Below are positions 17,896-27,555 of a stretch of DNA of 64,000 nt, one piece after another. The translations under genes and the position numbers were made by a program. The stretch covers positions 94 through 64,093 of the forward strand of contig CAZSTB010000007.1 in the NCBI GenBank assembly GCA_964609855.1, read 5' to 3'. The stretch is from an uncultured Bdellovibrionales bacterium (GTDB lineage: Bacteria > Patescibacteriota > Minisyncoccia > Moranbacterales > GWC2-37-73). The notes beneath the pieces were generated by a model. That model was not told the origin of the DNA. It did not search any database and worked only from the letters and a program-made list of their open reading frames with translations. Position 1 is the first letter of the stretch. Each line of letters opens with the position of its first letter.

Positions 17896-19605
17896 ATGAA
17901 TTCAGCTTACGACAATTATATAATTTCCGCAATTAAAGAGCTTCCTGAAACTCAGGCGGAGTTTTTGCAACTCAAGAAGAAACTTTCAAAGCAGTACGCC
18001 TTACCACTTCCAACCAATACTGATCTACGCGACAGATATAATACTTTAGTGGAAGAAAAAAGGGTTACACCGTCAAAATCTTTTGAAGCAATCCTGCTCA
18101 GTCGTGCCATCCGCACCCAGTCAGGCGTCGCAGTTGTGGCTGTGCTGACCAAGTCATATCCTTGCCCTGGGAAATGCATATATTGTCCAACTGAAAAAGA
18201 CATGCCTAAAAGCTATCTTTCCAATGAACCCGCTGTCATGCGCGCTATAGATTCCCATTTCGATCCATATCTGCAAATGCAAAACCGCTTGCGATCGTTG
18301 GAAATAAACGGTCACAAGACTGACAAGATCGAGCTCATCGTGATGGGAGGAACTTTTTCATTTCTGCCAAAAGCATACCAGAAAAAATTTATTCTCAGAT
18401 GCTTCCAAGCTGCCAATGAATACGGGAGAAAGAAGTCATCAGTCATCGGTAATCAGTCATCGGTAAAAATTTCAGCTGAAGAAAAATTAATAAAAGAACA
18501 GAAGAAAAATGAGAAGACAAAACACAGAATCATTGGTCTCACCCTAGAAACACGTCCGGATTATATCAATGAAGAAGAAATCGTAAGCTTCAGAAATCTC
18601 GGATGCACTAGAGTCGAACTTGGAGTGCAAAGCATCTATGACGATGTGCTTGAACTCAACAAGCGCGGGCACTTGGTCAGCGAAACAGTTCGCGCAACGA
18701 AACTCTTGAAAGATGCAGGTTTCAAAATAAATTTCCACATGATGCCAGGACTGCCGGGTTCAACGCCTGCCCGCGATTTCAAGATGTTCAAGCAGCTTTT
18801 TACCAGTCAAGATTTCCAACCGGACATGCTTAAAATTTATCCAACCGTAGTTCTGAAAGATAGCCTCCTGTACAACATGTGGAAGAAAGGACAATATAAA
18901 CCACTGAGCAATAAGACTTTTGAAAAACTTGTCTTGAAAATCAAAAACGAAACCATCACACCGTACGTCCGAATCGCACGCCTTGTTCGAGATGTGCCAA
19001 CATCTTCAATCATTGCCGGCCCAACCATTTCCAATCTCAGACAAATCATCATTCCACAGTCTAAATGCCCATGTATTCGCTGTCGAGAAGTACGTGAAGG
19101 ATATGAAGTCAAGGAAGAAATTGTTTTGGACCGCATCGATTATTCAGCATCAGATGGAAAAGAAATCTTCCTTCAGTACGTTTCACCTGATAAGAAAAAA
19201 CTTTTTGCCCTTTTGCGTCTGCGCATCCCCTCCTCTTCATGTCATCCTGAACTTGTTTCAGGATCTAGGGAAATACTTATGCCTAGCAAGATGCTGAAAC
19301 AAGTTCAGCATGACAACAATGATAACGGGAATGACAAACTACATAACCAATTGCCTGCACTTAAAAATGCAGCTTTAATCCGCGAAGTCCACACCTACGG
19401 AAAACTTACGCAAATAGACAAACAAAATTCAACTTCTCCGCAACACATCGGTCTTGGAAAAAAACTATTGATTGAAGCTGAAAGAATAGCAAAGAAAGAA
19501 TTCGGACTGAATAAAATTGTAGTAATTTCAGGGGTAGGAGTCAGAGGATATTACAGGAAGTCAGGATATCGCCTGCAGGATACGTACATGGCAAAGAATT
19601 TGTAG
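17896..19605 (+). CDS. elp3: Elongator Elp3-family radical SAM/KAT tRNA U34 carboxymethyltransferase
   Basis: CPGKCIYC, MGGTF, ETRPD, VELGVQS, KIYPT, CIRCRE, IREVHTYG, QHIGLG, VISGVGVRGYY. Confidence 0.93.
   Translation: MNSAYDNYIISAIKELPETQAEFLQLKKKLSKQYALPLPTNTDLRDRYNTLVEEKRVTPSKSFEAILLSRAIRTQSGVAVVAVLTKSYPCPGKCIYCPTEKDMPKSYLSNEPAVMRAIDSHFDPYLQMQNRLRSLEINGHKTDKIELIVMGGTFSFLPKAYQKKFILRCFQAANEYGRKKSSVIGNQSSVKISAEEKLIKEQKKNEKTKHRIIGLTLETRPDYINEEEIVSFRNLGCTRVELGVQSIYDDVLELNKRGHLVSETVRATKLLKDAGFKINFHMMPGLPGSTPARDFKMFKQLFTSQDFQPDMLKIYPTVVLKDSLLYNMWKKGQYKPLSNKTFEKLVLKIKNETITPYVRIARLVRDVPTSSIIAGPTISNLRQIIIPQSKCPCIRCREVREGYEVKEEIVLDRIDYSASDGKEIFLQYVSPDKKKLFALLRLRIPSSSCHPELVSGSREILMPSKMLKQVQHDNNDNGNDKLHNQLPALKNAALIREVHTYGKLTQIDKQNSTSPQHIGLGKKLLIEAERIAKKEFGLNKIVVISGVGVRGYYRKSGYRLQDTYMAKNL
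19240..19315. repeat. TGTC REP dimer inside elp3
   Basis: TGTCATCCTGAACTTGTTTCAGGATCT-N22-AGATGCTGAAACAAGTTCAGCATGACA. Confidence 0.9.
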
Positions 19606-19717
19606 CTTTGCGAAACTTAATACACTTACAAATTTTGAATTTTGAATTTTTAATTTTGAATCAATTTTCAATGATTAAATTTCTAATTTTAAAACAATAA
19701 TTTTAAAATACAACTCT

Positions 19718-20110
19718 ATGCAAAAAATAATCATCGCTTCCGGACCAGTTATCGTGAAAAATGAAAAAGTTCTTCTCGATATTCAAGGCGAAGATAATTT
19801 CTGGAAATTTTGCGGAGGAAAAGTCAAAGAAAATGAAACTCTGAAACAAACCGCGATTCGACGAGCCAAAGAAGAGTTAGGAATAGATATTCAAATTAAA
19901 AATACAACGCCATTTCTACTACATGTCACCAAAGAAAAGGATGGGGATAATTCAGATGTAATACTAGTTCATTTCTTGTCTGATTTTTCTGGAGAGATAA
20001 CTCCGAGCGAGGAAATAAGAAAATGGCAATGGCATGATATCAGCAATCTTCCTGATAATATCGCTCCCAATATTTTGCCGACTTTAAAACATTTTGGCTT
20101 CATTAAATGA
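19718..20110 (+). CDS. NUDIX hydrolase, paralog 1
   Basis: GGKVKENETLKQTAIRRAKEELG. Confidence 0.85.
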   Translation: MQKIIIASGPVIVKNEKVLLDIQGEDNFWKFCGGKVKENETLKQTAIRRAKEELGIDIQIKNTTPFLLHVTKEKDGDNSDVILVHFLSDFSGEITPSEEIRKWQWHDISNLPDNIAPNILPTLKHFGFIK

Positions 20111-20121
20111 TTTTTTGAGTT

Positions 20122-20520
20122 ATGCAAAAAATTATAAATGCCTCAGGTCCAGTCATAGTTGAAAATAATAAGGTTCTGCTTAACCAACATGGTGATACTT
20201 ATTTTTGGAAATTTTGCGGTGGCAAGGTTGAAGACTATGAATTAAATTTGATCCAAACAGCTAGGCGCGAAGCCAAAGAAGAAATGGGTATCGAAATTGA
20301 AATTTTGGATAATATTCCTTATTTTTTTCACACAAGCAAAGAGACTGAAGATGGCGTAGTTGATATTGTTCTTACACATTTTCTCGCAAAACGCATAGGC
20401 AAAATTAATCCAAACAAACTTATCAGAAAATGGGAATGGATTCCTCTGAAAGAATTAAGTAATGAAGATCTAGCGCCGAACATAATTCCAACTCTTAAAC
20501 ATTTCGGATTCATAAAATAA
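20122..20520 (+). CDS. NUDIX hydrolase, paralog 2
   Basis: GGKVED...TARREAKEEMG; shares N- and C-terminal blocks with paralog 1. Confidence 0.88.
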   Translation: MQKIINASGPVIVENNKVLLNQHGDTYFWKFCGGKVEDYELNLIQTARREAKEEMGIEIEILDNIPYFFHTSKETEDGVVDIVLTHFLAKRIGKINPNKLIRKWEWIPLKELSNEDLAPNIIPTLKHFGFIK

Positions 20521-20584
20521 AACATCTTCAAAACGATTCGCACACTACCATATGAAGTAGTATGGTAGTGAAGAGAATACAAAA

Positions 20585-20608
20585 AATTACGTAATTAATT
20601 ACGTAATT
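20585..20608. repeat. Tandem palindrome (AATTACGTAATT)x2
   Basis: Identical 24-mer also at 52969-52992. Confidence 0.8.
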
Positions 20609-20668
20609 TTTATTTTTTAATATATATTTTTCACATTTGTTTTAAATTTCGGAATAGAGTGCCATTAC

Positions 20669-21808
20669 TCAGGAAGCATCTCCCGCCAGTTGTCCGCAGG
20701 CGGCTTTGATTTCTTCGCCGAGACTCTTTCTAATTGTCGCACTGATGCGATATTTCTCCAATTCCATTTTGAAATTTTGCGTGCGCGTCTTGGATGATGG
20801 AACAAGCTGTTCGCTTGTAGTGTTGTAGCGGATCAAGTTTACATGCAGAAGTTGTGTGTGCCCTATGGAACCTATGAATTCTGAAAGTTTTCTAGCATCT
20901 AGTGCAGTATCATTCACCCCATCAAGCATAATGTATTCCAAAAAAACTTTTCTTTTTGTTACCTGAAAATATTCCTGCAAAGCTTTCCTGAGAGATTCCA
21001 AATTGTCTTTCTTGTTGACGGGCATGTAATGTGAACGTTTTTCGTCGCTGGCAAAATGAAGAGAGATGGCCAAATTAACTTGCGGAAATTCATTAGCCAT
21101 CTTTTCTATGCCGCTCACAATTCCAGAAGTTGAAACAGAAAGACTACGAGAACCAAAGCCGTACAGTTTTTCATCCGTCAAATTCCTGATACTTTCGGAA
21201 ACTTCCGGCCAATTATTAAATGGCTCCCCCATGCCCATATACACGATGTTTTTAACATCGCAATTTTCAATTTCTAATTTACAATTTTCAATGTCATGGA
21301 AGTTCTTTTTTAAATATTGTTTCCAGAATAAAACCTGATCAGCAATTTCCTCAGCAGTAAGGTTTCTTTTGAACCCCATTTTTCCAGTGGCACAAAATCT
21401 GCAACCCATTGCGCAGCCAACCTGACATGAAATGCAAGCCGACCATATTCCCGGTTTAGGTGAAATCAAAACCGTTTCAATAAGATCACCCTCATTGTCA
21501 TTCCGGACTTGATCCGGAATCTGTGATTGAGCGGTAACTTTAGATCCTGAAACAAGTTCAGGATGACATGTTCTTAATCGCAACAATGCCTTGATGGATT
21601 GCCCGTCAGCGGCAACTAAAACTTTCTCCACCTCAAAAGAAAGTAATTTCAATTCTTTTTCCATTTTCTCCCGCAAATCCTTGGAAAGGGTTGTAATATC
21701 AGAAAATGACGAAACACTATCCTGAAAAATAGCTTTCTGGATCTGCCCCAGGCGAAATTTTGGCAAATTATTGTCCTGTAAAAATTGTTCGAGTTTTAAA
21801 ATATTCAT
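20669..21808 (-). CDS. rlmN: 23S rRNA m2A2503 methyltransferase with two repeat-derived insertions
   Basis: SCQVGCAMGCRFC, MGMGEP, STSG, LAISLH, AACGQL. Confidence 0.95.
   Translation of the reverse strand: MNILKLEQFLQDNNLPKFRLGQIQKAIFQDSVSSFSDITTLSKDLREKMEKELKLLSFEVEKVLVAADGQSIKALLRLRTCHPELVSGSKVTAQSQIPDQVRNDNEGDLIETVLISPKPGIWSACISCQVGCAMGCRFCATGKMGFKRNLTAEEIADQVLFWKQYLKKNFHDIENCKLEIENCDVKNIVYMGMGEPFNNWPEVSESIRNLTDEKLYGFGSRSLSVSTSGIVSGIEKMANEFPQVNLAISLHFASDEKRSHYMPVNKKDNLESLRKALQEYFQVTKRKVFLEYIMLDGVNDTALDARKLSEFIGSIGHTQLLHVNLIRYNTTSEQLVPSSKTRTQNFKMELEKYRISATIRKSLGEEIKAACGQLAGDAS
21496..21568. repeat. TGTC REP heterodimer inside rlmN
   Basis: TGTCATTCCGGACTTGATCCGGAATCT-N19-AGATCCTGAAACAAGTTCAGGATGACA. 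Confidence 0.9.
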
Positions 21809-21867
21809 AAAGAAATACTAGCTCATATACTACTTTGTATCAAGCTCGCAAATCAGATGACAACCGC

Positions 21868-21896
21868 TTGACTTTTAACCGAAAAAGGTGTATAAT
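21868..21896 (+). promoter_or_regulatory. sigma70 promoter
   Basis: TTGACT-N17-TATAAT. Confidence 0.7.
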
Positions 21897-21960
21897 GGAT
21901 AATCGTGGTTCATTTACATTATCATATCAAAAAAGCGCTCAACAGAGCCAAGGGGCAACA

Positions 21961-22533
21961 ATGAAATCCACAAAGAAAGCTATTAGAAGCTTCGTTTTAC
22001 TGTTCATCGCTATAAATTTTCTCACACTGACGCTTGCAGTAAATTCTCCAATGGAGCTCGCTATAGGACTCTCTTACACCTGGGGAGAGATACTTACTGG
22101 ACTACCAGTGCCACCCCAGGCGGAAATTAATTTCCCTGTTCTGGCGTGGCTACACAGCATGATTCCCTTTGCTTGCGGCTACATAATGTATAAGCTGATC
22201 AGCGAAAGAACGACGGGTATTCCCGCATATCTCAAATATATAACACTTTTCGTTATTTGCGGATTATTTACCCATGTTATCACTGATATATTAGGAAAGG
22301 GAAACAATACTCTTCACTTAATAACTTGGCAACTGATAGGCTTTGTCTATTCGGTCTCGGCACACTTAATAATGAAATCCGTAAGGAAATCATTCGCACT
22401 GGATTTCATAGCTAAGTTTCCCAAGGAAATACAAGACAGCATGCTTAAGAGCCTCAAGGATACAGAAGGAAATTCAAAAGAAGGACCAGGGGGAGAAGAC
22501 AAAACAAAGGCTATGGAAAAAAATATTCAGTAG
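21961..22533 (+). CDS. Hypothetical multi-pass membrane protein
   Basis: About 4 hydrophobic segments; AAGGGG SD; terminator near 22543-22588. Confidence 0.7.
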   Translation: MKSTKKAIRSFVLLFIAINFLTLTLAVNSPMELAIGLSYTWGEILTGLPVPPQAEINFPVLAWLHSMIPFACGYIMYKLISERTTGIPAYLKYITLFVICGLFTHVITDILGKGNNTLHLITWQLIGFVYSVSAHLIMKSVRKSFALDFIAKFPKEIQDSMLKSLKDTEGNSKEGPGGEDKTKAMEKNIQ

Positions 22534-22625
22534 CACATCCATAGGATGCCAGTCTCAGCGAAATCGCTGCGACTGCATCCTGTTTTTTTATACAAAAAAA
22601 CCGAACCTATTTCCGATTTTAAAAT

Positions 22626-23264
22626 TTATAATTCAGAAATGATTTTTTCAGCCTCTTGCAGTTCGGAAATTTCATAATCACAATCTTTGTTTTTCTTATC
22701 GCAATATCTTCCCTCTTTGCGGCTCAGAAAAAATGTGATGGAATCTGGAAAAGCTTTCTTAATGTCACCTATTTGCTCAATGCGGTCATCGATAAAGATT
22801 ATTTGCTCAGCGCTGTCGATTTTCATTTGCGCCATAACGCCACGTATAGCCTCCGCTTTTGAGCTTCTAGTCACCACACAACCATTAACGAGTTTGTGAA
22901 CGCCAGAGGCTGTAATTTTTTTATTTTGAAAAATTGGAAGTCCGAAAGAAATCAAATAAGTATTTTTCCTGCCTACAAATTTTAGAAACTTTTCCACGTC
23001 TGGGAAAACAAACGGCGAAAGGTCAACGAGATGATTTGAAAAACGTGTGCGTACCTCTTTCATGCTAAGTGATTCATGCTGCTCAATGCGATCAAGCATT
23101 GCCCATGGATCAAATAATTTATATTTTTCATTGCAATTAGATGCGTAGTAATATTTATCAATCAACTCTTCATGAACACCATTAAGTTGAAAAAATTTTC
23201 GCATTTCAGCTCCGAATTCTTTCGTATTGAAAATGACGTCATCAAAATCTATAAATATCTTCAT
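22626..23264 (-). CDS. HAD-superfamily hydrolase
   Basis: IFIDFDDVIF motif I; IIFIDDR motif IV. Confidence 0.85.
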   Translation of the reverse strand: MKIFIDFDDVIFNTKEFGAEMRKFFQLNGVHEELIDKYYYASNCNEKYKLFDPWAMLDRIEQHESLSMKEVRTRFSNHLVDLSPFVFPDVEKFLKFVGRKNTYLISFGLPIFQNKKITASGVHKLVNGCVVTRSSKAEAIRGVMAQMKIDSAEQIIFIDDRIEQIGDIKKAFPDSITFFLSRKEGRYCDKKNKDCDYEISELQEAEKIISEL

Positions 23265-23265
23265 A

Positions 23266-23814
23266 CTAAACAATAAGATTGAAAATTCTCAAAAATTCCG
23301 GAGCAATTATTAATGTCAAAAATCCATAAATAAAACCTAAAATAATCCCAGCTAAAACATCTGTCGGATAATGCATACCATTATACAGACGAGATAGACT
23401 TAAGAGAATGGCAAAAACCACCAATGCCGGCCAAGCTGAAGGAAAAGCCGCATAAACTACAATTAGCCCGCCGATAACACTGGAAACATGACTCGATGGA
23501 AATGACGAATCTGAAAAATTTTTACCAATCATCCTTATCTCCTCAGGAAAAGCAATATATGGTCTCGTTCTGATCAGAGAAAATCTTTTTGCTCCATGCT
23601 TTATAATGCACTCACTTATGACGTAATGGATAATAAAGACAATTACGATTTCAATAAATAAACGAATGCCACTTTGCAGGTCGATTATTAAAGCCAAGAT
23701 TATCACCAAAATCCAGAGACTGGAAAGAAAAGCTATCTTACTTATCAACAAGCTTAAACTATCCAAGAATTTCCAGCGATATTTGTTTAAAAATTTTACA
23801 ATGCCTTTTTCCAT
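23266..23814 (-). CDS. PAP2-family membrane phosphatase
   Basis: RTRP, SFPSSH, SRLYNGMHYPTDV. Confidence 0.92.
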   Translation of the reverse strand: MEKGIVKFLNKYRWKFLDSLSLLISKIAFLSSLWILVIILALIIDLQSGIRLFIEIVIVFIIHYVISECIIKHGAKRFSLIRTRPYIAFPEEIRMIGKNFSDSSFPSSHVSSVIGGLIVVYAAFPSAWPALVVFAILLSLSRLYNGMHYPTDVLAGIILGFIYGFLTLIIAPEFLRIFNLIV

Positions 23815-23832
23815 TTTAAATATTTTAATGCA

Positions 23833-25311
23833 TTAAATAAAAACAACAATTAGCATGCTAATAGCGGCTAAGGTTGTCGCGACTACCGCAGACCAGCCAA
23901 ATACCCTAACCCAAACAGGATTCGTCTCTTTGCCCATGATTTTCTTATTGTCACCTATTTTCATAATTATTGCCAGTAAGGGCAAAGCAATGATTCCATT
24001 CAAGAATGCCGACCAATAGAGAGCTGCGATCGGATTAATGTTGAAAAAATTCAGCGCCAAACCGACAAAAATTGAAATTATAATTACCAAATAAAATCCG
24101 CGCGCTTTAGAAAATTTCTTCTCCAGACCATTATTCCAACTCATCAGTTCAGAAAGTGCATAGGCCCCACTTCCTGCCAAAATCGGGACAGCTAAAAAAC
24201 CTGTACCAATAATACCCAAGGCGAAGAGGAAGAATGCTCCATCTCCTGCAAGTGGCCTAAGCGCTAAAGCCGCATCTTCAGCAGAATCTATACTTGTTAT
24301 CCCATTGGCAAATAAGGTATTAGCAGTCGTGAGTACGATAAAAAAGAAAACGACATTAGCTAGCAACATTCCGACATTTACATCTGTTCGCATTTTTGAA
24401 ACTCGAGAATGATTTGCTCCTTTATTATGCAGTGCGTGGTTCATTTTTCCATCCTCCACTTCTTCAGATGCCTGCCAAAAAAACAAGTACGGCGTTATGG
24501 TTGTTCCAAAAACCGCAATCATAGCGAAAATATATTCTTTCGAAAAAGTAATGCTAGGAATAAAAGAGCTTTTAAGCACTGCGATCCAATCCGGATTTGA
24601 CGCAAAACCCGCAATAATATATGCAAAAACGGAAACAGTGAGCCATTTTAAAACTTTGACATAAACATGATATTTCACAAATACTTCCAATAAAATTATC
24701 ACAACAGCAAAAAGGACAGCGCCATAATAATAATTGAAACCGGTTACCATGCTCAATGAAGCTGCCATTGCCCCAAGGTCTGCCCCGATATTTACCACAT
24801 TAGCAATAATCAGCATCGATACGGCAGCTAAGACAGTGCTTTTCTTGTAATGCTGCTTCAAAACAGCTCCTAAGCCTTTATTGGTAACGATTCCGATGCG
24901 GGCGCATGTTTCTTGAATTGCCAGCATCATCGGAAGTAGCCAAGCAGCCATCCAAAGAATCGACATTCCAAATTTTGCACCCACTGCTGAGTAAGTTCCA
25001 ATTCCACCCGGATCATCATCGGATGCTCCCGTGATTAGTCCTGGTCCAAGTGCGCGCACAAAAAGATAAACTTTATTTAATGGTGAACCAATGAAGCGCT
25101 TTGCCACAGTCAGTTCAGAAGCAGCAATTCTAAGCGTACCATCTAGTGCCTTAACTGCTTCAATTTCTCCCCAGATAATCAATTTCTTTGCCAAAACCAA
25201 TGGAATTCCCAGTTCCCTTCGAAACTCCGATAGAGTAAGCATTTTATGATTATCAATATCAACACCCTGGGATTGATCAGTTACTTCTATTTTATTCTCT
25301 AAATCTTTCAT
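23833..25311 (-). CDS. NRAMP-family divalent metal transporter with N-terminal HTH-like domain
   Basis: LGPGLITGASDDDPGGI, GTTITPYLFFWQ, many TM segments; about 75-aa soluble N-terminus. Confidence 0.9.
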   Translation of the reverse strand: MKDLENKIEVTDQSQGVDIDNHKMLTLSEFRRELGIPLVLAKKLIIWGEIEAVKALDGTLRIAASELTVAKRFIGSPLNKVYLFVRALGPGLITGASDDDPGGIGTYSAVGAKFGMSILWMAAWLLPMMLAIQETCARIGIVTNKGLGAVLKQHYKKSTVLAAVSMLIIANVVNIGADLGAMAASLSMVTGFNYYYGAVLFAVVIILLEVFVKYHVYVKVLKWLTVSVFAYIIAGFASNPDWIAVLKSSFIPSITFSKEYIFAMIAVFGTTITPYLFFWQASEEVEDGKMNHALHNKGANHSRVSKMRTDVNVGMLLANVVFFFIVLTTANTLFANGITSIDSAEDAALALRPLAGDGAFFLFALGIIGTGFLAVPILAGSGAYALSELMSWNNGLEKKFSKARGFYLVIIISIFVGLALNFFNINPIAALYWSAFLNGIIALPLLAIIMKIGDNKKIMGKETNPVWVRVFGWSAVVATTLAAISMLIVVFI

Positions 25312-25394
25312 ACAAAAATGCACGCAGACAAACATGCAAACATAGCAACAATATTTTGTTTAAATGTTTGAATGTTTAAATGTTTAAAAGTAAA

Positions 25395-26420
25395 CTAAAT
25401 GATTTCCTTTATTATATTCTCATATTCACCTAATTCCAAAATCATCATCAAAACTTTAGCCAATTTGTCACTGTCATGACGGATGAAAGTTCTCAAGTGA
25501 GCAATCTTGTCCGTCTTGCTGTGTCCGTGTTTTTTCATACTTAAGATATCAGCTCTGACAACTTTATATTTTCGCTCTTTCTTATCAGCATCAAAATGCA
25601 CCATCAATTCTTTTTGTTTTTCATATTTTTCCAACACATTTTCAGTTGGTTTTTTCGTATTGAAGGTTACAAAATCAACGCCATCCTTGCCGATGAATTT
25701 ATTTATCTCCTCAATGTATCTATCCAAATCAAAATCGTCGGTTTGCCCAGGCTTATTTGTCAGATTGCAGTTATATACAACTTTGGCTTTTGTTCTTCTG
25801 AGAGCATCAGCAATTTCTTTTATCATCAGATTCGGGATGATGCTGCAATAATGATTTCCTGGACCTATCACAACCATATCCGCTTCCAGGATTTTTTTAA
25901 CAGCTTCAGGATTAGCTTTGACTAATGGCTTGTAATATATTTTTTTTATGCCATGCTTCTTAATTTCAGTGCTAGCTAGGATTTCAATCTCGCCCTTCAA
26001 TGTTTTCCCATTCCCAAGATCCATGAAAAGTCTTGCATCTTGATTGGTTACGGGTATCACCTGACCTTTGATGCTCAATATTTTCTCCGCCTCCCTCACT
26101 CCTTGCTGAAAACTTCCGGTCGTTTTTTCCAAAGCTGAAAGAAAAAGGTTTCCGAAACTGTGACCTTTCAAGCCACCATCTTCAAACCTGTAGTTCATGA
26201 GCTTGCGAAGCATTTCCGATGAATCACTTAGCGCCACCAAGCATTGACGCACATCTCCAGGCGGAAGAACACCAAGTTCATCCCTCAGCACGCCTGTGGA
26301 TCCACCATCATCAGCCATGGAAACAATCGCCGAAATATCTGCACCGTATTTCTTAAGTCCAGATAAAAGAGTGAAACTTCCAGTCCCTCCACCAATTGTG
26401 ACGATTTTCTTACGTATCAT
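25395..26420 (-). CDS. YvcK/GlmR-family protein
   Basis: IGGGTG, ADDGGSTG, LPPGDVR, GHSFGNL, RHDSDKLA. Confidence 0.93.
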   Translation of the reverse strand: MIRKKIVTIGGGTGSFTLLSGLKKYGADISAIVSMADDGGSTGVLRDELGVLPPGDVRQCLVALSDSSEMLRKLMNYRFEDGGLKGHSFGNLFLSALEKTTGSFQQGVREAEKILSIKGQVIPVTNQDARLFMDLGNGKTLKGEIEILASTEIKKHGIKKIYYKPLVKANPEAVKKILEADMVVIGPGNHYCSIIPNLMIKEIADALRRTKAKVVYNCNLTNKPGQTDDFDLDRYIEEINKFIGKDGVDFVTFNTKKPTENVLEKYEKQKELMVHFDADKKERKYKVVRADILSMKKHGHSKTDKIAHLRTFIRHDSDKLAKVLMMILELGEYENIIKEII

Positions 26421-26496
26421 TCAATCATTCAAACACTCAAGCATGGGGTGTAAAATCCGCCTGTTTTCATGTTTAAGTGTTTATATGTTTAGATGC

Positions 26497-27177
26497 TTAG
26501 ATAAATTTCTCAATAACATCCCTTGCACGTTCCAAGTCCTCCGGATTTCCAATCGGAAACCACCCGCTAGATTTTTCAATCTTAATTGGAAAATCTTTTG
26601 CCATCGAAACTATGGTTTGAGGCAGGCCATATTCGCGCTCATTTATTGCAACCAAGGGATAATCAAAAAACTTTTTATTTAATTTATAAAGCCCAATATT
26701 TGCCAAAGCTGGTCCTGCAATTTCCGGCTTTTCAATTATCTCCAAAAGATTTCCTTTCGCATCTAAATATATTATTCCAAATTTTGTTGAGTCTTCAACT
26801 TCCAGCGCCAAAATTCCAAGGTCATGCTTTAAAATCTTACTTATATCATTTTTAATGTATAGATCATCGCCCATCATTACCAGAAAATCATCCTTGATCA
26901 TATCCCGAACCAGCTGGACGGCGCCTCCAGTTCCATTAAGCTCAGACTGAACAACATAGGAAATTTTTCTTCCCGCATGAGAGTCCCCGAAATATTGCTG
27001 GATTTGGTTACCTAAATAACCAATCACAAAAATCACCTCATCAATTTCCCTGGGAAGTGCTTCCAACTTATAAGCCAAAATTGGCTTACCATTTATTTCA
27101 AGCATGGGCTTGGGAACATCGTCTGTCAGATCTTTCATGCGAGTTCCACGGCCAGCCGCTAAGATGACTAATTGCAT
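26497..27177 (-). CDS. Sugar-phosphate nucleotidyltransferase
   Basis: ILAAGRGTRM, PKPML, GTGGA, MGDD, IIEKP. Confidence 0.9.
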   Translation of the reverse strand: MQLVILAAGRGTRMKDLTDDVPKPMLEINGKPILAYKLEALPREIDEVIFVIGYLGNQIQQYFGDSHAGRKISYVVQSELNGTGGAVQLVRDMIKDDFLVMMGDDLYIKNDISKILKHDLGILALEVEDSTKFGIIYLDAKGNLLEIIEKPEIAGPALANIGLYKLNKKFFDYPLVAINEREYGLPQTIVSMAKDFPIKIEKSSGWFPIGNPEDLERARDVIEKFI

Positions 27178-27267
27178 TTTATTTTCGTAATTTAGTATTA
27201 AAGTAGTCAAAAATTTTTATTTCCACATTTCTTTTTCCGCAAAAGAAACCTGGAGGAAAGAAAACTC

Positions 27268-27406
27268 TCGCACCAGTTGCGTGCTGTCAAAATTGCGACG
27301 CTCGACAGCTAAAATTCCTAACCGCCTCCGCAATTTTTGAAAATTGCTCCGCGAAGTAATTTTTACGCTCTCTCACTGCAATTTTGAAACGCACTCCACA
27401 GTGCGA
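27268..27406. other. Long nested inverted-repeat element in the leuS downstream intergenic region
   Basis: TCGCAC/GTGCGA, TCAAAATTGC/GCAATTTTGA, GCAATTTT-TG-AAAATTGC. Confidence 0.55.
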
Positions 27407-27555
27407 ATTCAGAATGCAAAATACGAAAGTGAAGTGAGGATGATTTTTCTTTTTTCACTATAAACAAGATTCCTTGGCGTTAAATTTTCAAAGGTTGCAA
27501 TTGTTTTTCGGTGATAAAAAGAAAAAGGCATCCGAGCAAATTTCAACAAAAACCA

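Noticed and set aside
1101-21568. CRISPR array from the 27-bp palindromes
   Set aside because: Copies are dispersed inverted pairs without regular spacers, and no cas genes were seen
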